This document shows positions 1 to 6,243 of a stretch of DNA of 20,353 bases, piece after piece (positions within the stretch are counted from its first letter, which is position 1; the number at the start of each line of letters is the position of its first letter). The notes beneath the pieces are model-generated. The model worked only from the letters and a program-made list of their open reading frames with translations. It made no database searches and was not told the origin of the DNA. The stretch is from Methanobacteriota archaeon (lineage in GTDB: Archaea > Thermoplasmatota > Thermoplasmata > SG8-5 > DAIRED01), in NCBI GenBank assembly GCA_043799545.1, contig JAZDNO010000001.1:1-20353 (forward strand). The letters are read 5' to 3'. Both the position numbers and the translations under genes were made by a program.

Positions 1-1
1 A

Positions 2-391
2 GATTATACAACGATCGGAACAGCAATAATGGATACGAATGGTATCATTCAAAATAATAAAAAAGTTGTAGATTATAGCTCGTCATCGAATACGAATATT
101 GTACTTAGCTCAGATAGCACATTAGATAACAATGACAATACACATCTTTGCTGGGATAATTCCAGGTCGATTCAATACATGAAAATAAATAAAACGGGGA
201 TCCCGATAATCAATACCACAATAATTACAGAATCCTCGGTCATCGGCTCGTCGATATATGTTTCAGGAGTGAGCATATTAATAAACAAATCTGGTTTGCC
301 AATTGTTATTTGTACAAAGCAAAGCGGCTTTCATCACCCATATGATACTGAATTATATATATTAAAAGCTAGACAGTCACTAAATTCCTAA
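2..391 (+). CDS. 3' part of a low-GC gene, possibly a beta-propeller-type secreted/surface protein (5'-truncated by the window)
   Basis: The frame is open from base 2 (DYTTIGTAI precedes the ATG at 29) to TAA at 391. LDNNDNTHLCWDN..IQYMKINKTG resembles the lD..g.iHivW....i.Y.k blade repeats of archaeal surface proteins. GC is about 34% over 1-360. Confidence 0.5.
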   Translation, partial: DYTTIGTAIMDTNGIIQNNKKVVDYSSSSNTNIVLSSDSTLDNNDNTHLCWDNSRSIQYMKINKTGIPIINTTIITESSVIGSSIYVSGVSILINKSGLPIVICTKQSGFHHPYDTELYILKARQSLNS

Positions 392-398
392 AAATAAA

Positions 399-449
399 CC
401 GCCCCGCGCAAGTGGGCTTTCCGCAGAAAGGGGGCCAGCGGAGGGGCGG
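399..449 (-). terminator. GC-rich hairpin followed by a T-tract on the minus strand; possible terminator
   Basis: CCGCCCC (399-405) pairs with GGGGCGG (443-449). An inner CTTTC/GAAAG stem has a c(UGCG)g loop on the minus strand, which continues TTTATTTTT. Confidence 0.35.
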
Positions 450-660
450 AAGGGTCGGCGGGAAAGCGATTTAACAGCAGGGGGCACAGAACCGTTTCGT
501 AACGAAGTCCAGCTCCTCGGCTGAGAACTTCATTGTATTGACGAGATGTCGCGTGGATGCTCGCGTTCAGGATCCAGCCCATCGTTGAACATTTTAAGGT
601 GCTTTATTTGTAGAAATCCCCATATTGAGTTGCCCGAATTAGTTACCAGAAAAAATTAGG

Positions 661-726
661 TGCTCCCGTCGGGACTGGTGGCAAGGAAGCCGGTTTCCAT
701 TTCTTGCCAACGGGCCAGATGGGAGT
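661..726 (-). repeat. Hairpin carrying a 14-bp copy of the tRNA-Glu 3' end (att-like remnant or degenerate tRNA-like unit)
   Basis: TGCTCCCGTCGGGA at 661-674 is identical to 755-768. Inner inverted repeats are TGGCAAG/CTTGCCA and CTGG/CCAG. The distal end (ACTCCCATC on the minus strand) resembles the tRNA 5' end. Confidence 0.6.
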
Positions 727-754
727 ATTGGTTCGGAACAATAAAAATTGTAAA

Positions 755-827
755 TGCTCCCGTCGGGATTTGAACCCGAGTCGAAGCCTCGAGAGGGCTT
801 CATGATTGGCCACTACACTACGGGAGC
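755..827 (-). tRNA. tRNA-Glu(CTC), no intron, CCA not encoded
   Basis: The reverse complement is GCTCCCGTAGTGTAGTGGCCAATCATGAAGCCCTCTCGAGGCTTCGACTCGGGTTCAAATCCCGACGGGAGCA. It has a 7-bp acceptor stem, anticodon stem AAGCC/GGCTT with loop CTCTCGA, T arm TCGGG-TTCAAAT-CCCGA and discriminator A, followed by a T-tract. Confidence 0.97.
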
Positions 828-932
828 GGTTGTCAGAGGTTTTTCTGCGTAGCTCCCGTATGTGCACGGACGCGGCCGCAGCCAGGCGTCCAGTGCCTAC
901 GGGAGCGGTTATCAGAGGTTTTACTGCGTAGC
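818..932. repeat. Two 36-bp direct repeats (34/36 identical, period 79) that include the first 10 nt of the tRNA
   Basis: ctacgggagcggttgtcagaggtttttctgcgtagc (818-853) versus ctacgggagcggttatcagaggttttactgcgtagc (897-932). Confidence 0.9.
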
Positions 933-1045
933 GACCGTTGTGCCCAGACGTGCCGCAGCATACGTCTGGCCCATGGGAGCGCGCGATGCCATCCCGTATG
1001 TGCGCCGACGTGCCAGCAGGCATACGCCCAGCGCCTACGGGAGTG
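852..1045 (-). ncRNA. Array of three related tRNA-acceptor-like hairpins (852-906, 931-980, 990-1045), putative structured RNAs in the tRNA-Glu leader
   Basis: The units share a bulged-stem architecture with compensatory substitutions. Loops are c(UGCG)g in two units and c(UGCU)g in the third on the minus strand. The basal stem GCUCCCGUA/UACGGGAGC starts with the same sequence as the tRNA. Expression is not shown. Confidence 0.55.
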
Positions 1046-1095
1046 AGATTTACTCTCTCGTGTGTCCGCTTGGCACCGCCCCATTGCGCGAACCC

Positions 1096-1108
1096 TTTAA
1101 TACCTTTC
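1096..1108 (-). promoter_or_regulatory. Putative BRE-TATA promoter for the hairpin array plus tRNA-Glu
   Basis: The minus strand reads GAAAGG-TATTAAA. No TATA-like element is visible directly upstream of the tRNA itself. Confidence 0.5.
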
Positions 1109-1113
1109 GCGAA

Positions 1114-1132
1114 GAGGATGCCGGGCATCCTC
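1114..1132. promoter_or_regulatory. Perfect 9-1-9 palindrome between divergent promoters, candidate operator
   Basis: GAGGATGCC-G-GGCATCCTC. Confidence 0.4.
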
Positions 1133-1139
1133 CCACCCC

Positions 1140-1151
1140 AAAAGGTAAATA
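1140..1151 (+). promoter_or_regulatory. Putative BRE-TATA promoter for the surface-protein gene
   Basis: AAAAGG-TAAATA lies about 27 nt before the GTG at 1179, consistent with a near-leaderless transcript. Confidence 0.45.
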
Positions 1152-1178
1152 TCCGCACGGGCATGACCCGTCTAGAGG

Positions 1179-3191
1179 GTGAATTCCATTCGTTTCCAGG
1201 TAGTATCTGGCGCGTCGATTTTGATGATCGCGGTCCTCCTATTCGGAGCCTTCGCATCTGGAGCAAATCGTGCCCCGAGCGCGCCTGAACCATCGGAGGT
1301 GGGCGCACCCACAACAGCAGCGGGCGCCGACACGACTTTCGACATCCCAGTCCAGCTCGGATGGAACTTCATCTCGGTTCCTCTGGTGCAGTGGAACACA
1401 ACGATATTGGCTGTGCTCGACGACCATGATGGGAACAAGGATACGAATTGGACGCTGGCGCAGTGGATGGACCCAGTGACAAAGGTGTGGAAGAACTACA
1501 ATTGCTCCCTGCCGGCCAACGACCCCCTGAACGATCTCAGCCAGGTGAACCATACGATGGGCATATATGTGAAGATAACGGACCCGGGCAGCGACAGTGC
1601 GCTCCGCGTCAACGGGACGGTGCCGGGCGCTGTGAATATACCATTATACGAGGGATGGAACATGATCGGCTACCCGACAATAGATGACTCGGCACTCAAC
1701 GTCAGTTCCCTAAAGGCTTCCACCGATGTCACAAGCGTTCAGAACCGCGACCGCCTGGATTACCCCGGTTCGTATGTCCTCAAGCGCGGCGAGGGATACT
1801 GGATGAACGCGAGCTCGAACTGCACTTGGACCATCAACAACACAGTCTTGGGCCCGCTGCCAGTCATCACCCTTATTTCACCGGCCAACAACTCCGTGTT
1901 CACACCGGGGACCATTATCGATTTCCGCATCAACGGCAGCTCGCCCCATGTGACATTCTCCGTAAGCGGGGGGCCATGCGGCAATCTCTCTGCGCCTTAC
2001 GACCTGAGAACAGGCAACTGGTCCGACGGAGTAACCATCGTAAACATCTCCGCTGAGGATGCCAACGGGACGGCCAACAGGAGCTATCGCTTCGTCGTCG
2101 ATTCCCAGGTGCCGAATATCATTCTCGTATCCCCGGCAGAAGGAAGCAAGCTGCGGGCGGGCCAGATTCTGGATTTCAACGTCACCGAGGACAATCTGGC
2201 AAGCGCGAACTACACGAACGGCATATCCGTTGTAAACTTCACGGCGCCTTTCGATATCGACACCACGGGATGGCCATCAGGGCTGGTATCATTGACTATC
2301 AATGCAGTCGATCTGGCAGGCAACATTGCGACCGATTCGTTCAAGTTCGATTTCGACGGCACCAGGCCAACAGTGACCGTCACGACGCCAGTCAACGGGA
2401 GCATGGCTGTCAGGGTGGACGCCAAACTTGTGCTCCATTTCTCGGAGCCGATGAACCGGACCGCGACCGAGAGCGCGCTGTCTATCACGCCGACCGTGGG
2501 GTTCGGGACCTTCACCTGGAGCTCGGCAGACAGGCAAATGACCGTGGTTTTATCAGAAAACATGACCCAGAGCACGAGGTACCGGGTCAGCCTGAACGCG
2601 CTTGCGAGGGACACCGTCGGCAACAGCATCAACTCGACATATCGCTGGGAGTTCACCACATGGCTCGACACGGACGGCGACGGACTGCCCAATAACCAAG
2701 ACCAGGACGACGACAACGATGGGTACATGGACCAGATGGATGCGTTCCCGCTGGACCCGACAGAATGGGCCGACACGGACGGAGACGGAATAGGGGACAA
2801 CGCCGACCTGGACGACGACAACGACGGTATCGCGGACATCAACGACGCATACCCCCTGGACAAGTACGAGAGCGCAGATTCGGACGGAGACGGCGTCGGG
2901 GACAACCAGGACGCTTTCCCCAACGACCCGACCGAAACGAAGGATTCAGACGGCGACGGCGTGGGAGACAACGAAGACTTCCTCCCCTACTTCGACAACA
3001 ACCTGTTCTACGTTCTGGTGCTCGTGGTCCCTTGCTTCACGGCAATCATCGTGACCTGGCTCGTGACAAGGTCCAGACATCGTAGGATGGCCGCGGAGAA
3101 GACCCACGCGCCAAAGGACTGGACCGCGGAGCAGCCGCCGACAAAGAAGACCGAGCCGCACGACCCGATGGCTCCACCGCCCGAGGACTGA
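1179..3191 (+). CDS. Membrane-anchored cell-surface protein: signal peptide, GWN-motif domain, Ig-like domains, thrombospondin type-3-like Ca-binding repeats, C-terminal TM helix
   Basis: Hydrophobic N-terminus, paired LGWNFISVP/EGWNMIGYP motifs, many N-x-S/T sequons, an Ig-like segment (LHFSEPMNRTATESALSITP), DxDGDG repeats, TM segment LFYVLVLVVPCFTAIIVTWLV followed by RSRHRR. Confidence 0.85.
   Translation: MNSIRFQVVSGASILMIAVLLFGAFASGANRAPSAPEPSEVGAPTTAAGADTTFDIPVQLGWNFISVPLVQWNTTILAVLDDHDGNKDTNWTLAQWMDPVTKVWKNYNCSLPANDPLNDLSQVNHTMGIYVKITDPGSDSALRVNGTVPGAVNIPLYEGWNMIGYPTIDDSALNVSSLKASTDVTSVQNRDRLDYPGSYVLKRGEGYWMNASSNCTWTINNTVLGPLPVITLISPANNSVFTPGTIIDFRINGSSPHVTFSVSGGPCGNLSAPYDLRTGNWSDGVTIVNISAEDANGTANRSYRFVVDSQVPNIILVSPAEGSKLRAGQILDFNVTEDNLASANYTNGISVVNFTAPFDIDTTGWPSGLVSLTINAVDLAGNIATDSFKFDFDGTRPTVTVTTPVNGSMAVRVDAKLVLHFSEPMNRTATESALSITPTVGFGTFTWSSADRQMTVVLSENMTQSTRYRVSLNALARDTVGNSINSTYRWEFTTWLDTDGDGLPNNQDQDDDNDGYMDQMDAFPLDPTEWADTDGDGIGDNADLDDDNDGIADINDAYPLDKYESADSDGDGVGDNQDAFPNDPTETKDSDGDGVGDNEDFLPYFDNNLFYVLVLVVPCFTAIIVTWLVTRSRHRRMAAEKTHAPKDWTAEQPPTKKTEPHDPMAPPPED
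2667..2987 (+). repeat. Coding TSP3-like (DxDxDGxxDxxDAFPxD) repeats
   Basis: DTDGDGLPNNQD, DTDGDGIGDNAD, DSDGDGVGDNQDAFPND and DSDGDGVGDNED in the translation. Confidence 0.85.
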
Positions 3192-3311
3192 GCCCGGACG
3201 CCATTTTAGCCCGGTCGAGCCGGGATGGGTGGTGAGCTAGAGTGATTTCATGTGGGAGGTAAAACGAGACGCGTGTGAGCCAGAGAGGCGAACGTGGATA
3301 AGGGGTTGTCG

Positions 3312-3488
3312 TGCTCCAAACGCTTTCTTTGCGAGGCCAATGTCCGAACTGTTCAGGTCGAGCGAGCAGGCTGAGCCCGAGTTTCTTTGCTCCAAACGCT
3401 TTCTTTGCGAGGCTAATGTCCGAACTGTTCAGGTCGAGCGAGCAGGCTGAGCCCGAGTTTCTTTGCTCCAAACGCTTTCTTTGCGAGG
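3312..3488. repeat. 76-bp tandem repeat, about 2.3 copies, intergenic
   Basis: TGCTCCAAACGCTTTCTTTGCGAGG starts at 3312, 3388 and 3464. The two full units differ only at one C/T position (gaggccaatg versus gaggctaatg). Confidence 0.92.
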
Positions 3489-3525
3489 GCTCAGCCAGCG
3501 CAGCGAGACTCAAAGAAAGGGTTTG
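3445..3525. repeat. Dispersed structured intergenic element, copy 1
   Basis: Perfect 10-bp inverted repeat GGCTGAGCCC/GGGCTCAGCC (3445-54/3487-96) interleaved with a 15-bp inverted repeat with 1 mismatch (3469-83/3511-25). Strongly similar to 6130-6205. Confidence 0.85.
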
Positions 3526-3590
3526 ACCAAAAGTATTTTAGGAGAAGAAGATATCCACGAACATCATTGCGCCGGGAGGCTGGCCAAGGG

Positions 3591-5174
3591 ATGCAGAAAG
3601 CGCTCCTCGATGTTTTGAACCTACGGTCCGCAGAGGCCCTCCAGAGGGCTCTATCACTAGTCCCGGGTTCGCCCGCCGACCCCACTCCCCAGGAGACTCT
3701 GGAATTCCTCGGAACGGCAGTCTCCGAAAAGCTCTCGTCGATGAAGCTGGACGAGCTGAAGGCGAAGGCTCAATCATGGGGCGTGGAGGCGAAGGGGAAG
3801 AAGAAGCAGGCCGTGGTCAATTTCATTCTCGAATCCCCAGCCGGGGCCGAGGCCGCGTTCACCGAGTTCTTCGGCAAGGTCGAGCAGCCCAACGAGGTGG
3901 AGCTGGAGGCGATCGGCAGGGACATCGAGCAGGCCGTCAAGGAGGCCGAGAGCTCCGATCTGCTGCGGCCCGAGGAGCTGGACGAGATAAGGCGGCTGCT
4001 GGAGCAGCACAAGGCGCTCGCAGTCAACTTCCGGGAGCCGGAGCAGCTCATGGGCAGGGCGATGCAGAGCCTTGGGGCGCGGGATATGGAGGACGCGCTG
4101 AGGTCCGTTCAGAACTCCATGGGGCTGGCTCAGCAGGCGGGGGACAACTTCCGGCGCTTCGCGACTGCAACACTGCTTTCGGCTGCTGACAACCTGATAA
4201 ACACGACGCATCTGGCCGAGTCGAACGACCACGAGGCGAAGCGTGCTCTCAGCTACGCCCTCTCGGCCTACAGGGACGGCCTGCCGGACATGGCCAACGC
4301 CATCCATCCGTTGGTCGAGAAGTGCGTGTGCATATTCAAGGACGAGCTCATCGCTCTCAACGAGGCGTACCAGACAAAAAGGCTTCTCGTGTCCAATTTC
4401 AAGAACCAGGGAGTGGACACGTTCAACGCCGAGCGGTACATGAGGCGCATCGAGGACGCGCTGTCGGCCAGGAACCACTCCGAGGCCTGGGAGTACCTGG
4501 AGAAGGCTGAGAAGTCCGTCGTGGAATCCCGAAACGCGTGGATGACGCAGATTCAGAGCGAGGTTCCAGTCGCCGAGAACGTCATCCAGGAGGCGCGGCA
4601 TCTCGGGGCGGACACGCAGGAGGCGGAGCGGCTCATTGCGCAGGCCAGGGTGGCCATGGACGCCCGAGATTACGCTTTATGCGCGGAGCTGACGAAGCGC
4701 AGCACGCGCAAGGCCATGGAAGCCCAGCAGCAGCAGATAGAGAGGGCGGGGGAACTCCAGCGCAGGCAGCTCCAGAAGGCCGACTCGAGCCTCGCAACCA
4801 CGTACCCGCTTTTGCAGGAGGCGAGAGCGTATGGCATGGACATAGCGTTCATGGACCAGCTGGCCCAGAGCCTCCGGGTCGCCGTGCAGGCCGGGGATTA
4901 CGTCAATGCGACCAGCTATGCCAAGGACCTGGAGGAGGCAGCCAGGCTCATGCGCCCCAAGGTGGAGGCGGAGAGGGAGCGCGTCGCCCAGCTTCAGTCG
5001 CCGCTCGGGGGGCCGTGCCCGAGCTGCCAGCAGAACGCGGTGCGGTTCCTCGAGACCGGCTTCGGCAGGTGCCTGTCCTGCGGCTACATCTTCTCGTACC
5101 AGATTCCCCAGGTGGCGCAGGAGAAGAAGAAGTGGGGTCTGTTCAGGGGCGGTGCAAATGAGCAAGGTCGGTAA
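3591..5174 (+). CDS. Hypothetical 527-aa protein: SAP/Rho-N-like N-terminal motif, long helical repeats, C-terminal Zn ribbon
   Basis: ATG 3591 follows GGAGG and is preferred over the 3567 start. Motifs: LSSMKLDELKAKAQSWGV, repeated helical units (ARHLGADTQEAERLIAQA, ARAYGMDIAFMDQL), CPSC-x13-CLSC and KKKWGLFRGG. Confidence 0.8.
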   Translation: MQKALLDVLNLRSAEALQRALSLVPGSPADPTPQETLEFLGTAVSEKLSSMKLDELKAKAQSWGVEAKGKKKQAVVNFILESPAGAEAAFTEFFGKVEQPNEVELEAIGRDIEQAVKEAESSDLLRPEELDEIRRLLEQHKALAVNFREPEQLMGRAMQSLGARDMEDALRSVQNSMGLAQQAGDNFRRFATATLLSAADNLINTTHLAESNDHEAKRALSYALSAYRDGLPDMANAIHPLVEKCVCIFKDELIALNEAYQTKRLLVSNFKNQGVDTFNAERYMRRIEDALSARNHSEAWEYLEKAEKSVVESRNAWMTQIQSEVPVAENVIQEARHLGADTQEAERLIAQARVAMDARDYALCAELTKRSTRKAMEAQQQQIERAGELQRRQLQKADSSLATTYPLLQEARAYGMDIAFMDQLAQSLRVAVQAGDYVNATSYAKDLEEAARLMRPKVEAERERVAQLQSPLGGPCPSCQQNAVRFLETGFGRCLSCGYIFSYQIPQVAQEKKKWGLFRGGANEQGR

Positions 5175-6087
5175 GCCAGTCAAGGACATCGGGCTTCGGA
5201 AGGGCATGACCGTGAAAGAGCTGGTCGCCGCCTACGGCGAGGGCTGCGGGTTCTCGGCGAAGAAGCTGGCCGACGCCTCGGAAATACTCACGGAGATGAG
5301 GAAATCCAAGGAATGCGTCAAGTTCCTGTCCTTCCCGGCGTGCATCATCGCCACAGGCACGCGCGGCGTCATCACGAAGATGATACGGGAGGGGATGTGC
5401 GACGTCATCATCACCACTTGCGGCATGGTCGACCACGACTTGGCCAGGACCGTCAAGGACTATTACCACGGAAGGTTCGAGGCGGACGACGCCGAGCTGT
5501 ACGAGATGGGCATCAACCGCCTGGGAAACGTGTTCGTGCCGAACGAGAGCTACGGCATCGCGCTGGAGAAGCTCGTCCAGCCGATTCTGGCCGAGCTATG
5601 GAAGGGAGGGATGCGCCGACCGGGCACCGCAGAGCTGCTGAGGGAGTTCGGCAAGAGGGTGAAGGATTCGGACTCCATCCTCAGGGCGGCGTACGAAAAG
5701 AACGTCCCGATCTACGTTCCGGGGATAACGGACGGGGCCTTCGGCTCGCAGCTCTGGATGTTTTGGCAGGAGCACCGGGAGTTCGCCATAGACCTGATGA
5801 AGGACGAACAGGATCTCATGGACATCGTTTTCACGGCCAAGAAGACCGGCGCGGTCATGGTCGGCGGCGGCATCTCGAAGCACCATACAATCTGGTGGAA
5901 CCAGTTCAGGGACGGTTTGGATTACGCGGCATACATCACGACCGCGCCCGAGCACGACGGCTCCCTTTCCGGGGCGAGGATGCGCGAGGCCGTCTCTTGG
6001 GGTAAAGTCAACACCAAAGCTAGATACGTAACAGTAGAGGGGGACGCTAGCGTCCTCCTGCCCCTGATTGTGGCCGCGCAACTTTGA
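5158..6087 (+). CDS. dys: Deoxyhypusine synthase
   Basis: Motifs TGTRG, VFVPNESY, GGGISKHHTIWWN, EHDGSLSGA and EAVSWGKV (active-site Lys). The start is ATG 5158, overlapping the upstream gene by 17 bp. Confidence 0.96.
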   Translation: MSKVGKPVKDIGLRKGMTVKELVAAYGEGCGFSAKKLADASEILTEMRKSKECVKFLSFPACIIATGTRGVITKMIREGMCDVIITTCGMVDHDLARTVKDYYHGRFEADDAELYEMGINRLGNVFVPNESYGIALEKLVQPILAELWKGGMRRPGTAELLREFGKRVKDSDSILRAAYEKNVPIYVPGITDGAFGSQLWMFWQEHREFAIDLMKDEQDLMDIVFTAKKTGAVMVGGGISKHHTIWWNQFRDGLDYAAYITTAPEHDGSLSGARMREAVSWGKVNTKARYVTVEGDASVLLPLIVAAQL

Positions 6088-6129
6088 GGGCGGAACGCCA
6101 ATACAGTATCGGTTGAACCGAGCCGGTGA

Positions 6130-6205
6130 GGTCCGAGTTTCTTTGCTCCAAATGCTTTCTTTGTGAGGACCGAGCCAGCGAGGTGAGACTCAAAGAAAGG
6201 GTTTG
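6130..6205. repeat. Dispersed structured intergenic element, copy 2
   Basis: ccgagtttctttgctccaaatgctttctttgtgagg...gagactcaaagaaagggtttg aligns to 3453-3525. Its stem GGTCC/GGACC replaces AGCCC/GGGCT. TTTAATA at 6216-6222 follows, about 22 nt before ATG 6244. Confidence 0.85.
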
Positions 6206-6243
6206 CGCGAAAGAATTTAATACGCCTTGCCCATTCACACATC

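Noticed and set aside
818-1045. Mini CRISPR array (36-bp repeats, 43-bp spacer)
   Set aside because: There are only two repeat copies and they overlap the tRNA 5' end. The would-be spacers are homologous hairpins, not unique sequences, and no cas genes are present.
852-1045. Split/permuted tRNA halves, SRP RNA or box C/D RNA
   Set aside because: There is no D, anticodon or T arm, no SRP helix-8 motif and no C/D boxes in the units.
643-1314. ORFs 643-1314(-), 833-1084(-), 862-1182(+), 938-1288(+) as proteins
   Set aside because: They overlap the tRNA, the hairpin array and promoters, and their repeated peptides merely reflect the DNA repeats.
3312-3488. CRISPR array from the recurring 25-bp motif
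   Set aside because: The intervening 51-bp segments are essentially identical, so this is a tandem repeat.
3046-3526. ORFs 3046-3513(-), 3250-3450(+), 3311-3526(+) and the similar 5922-6308(-), 6126-6425(+)
   Set aside because: They are translations of the intergenic repeat (for example AKKAFGAKKLG in both places) with no RBS or family motifs.
4906-5157. N-terminal extension of Dys
   Set aside because: It is an Arg-rich off-frame reading of the upstream gene, and homology starts at ATG 5158.
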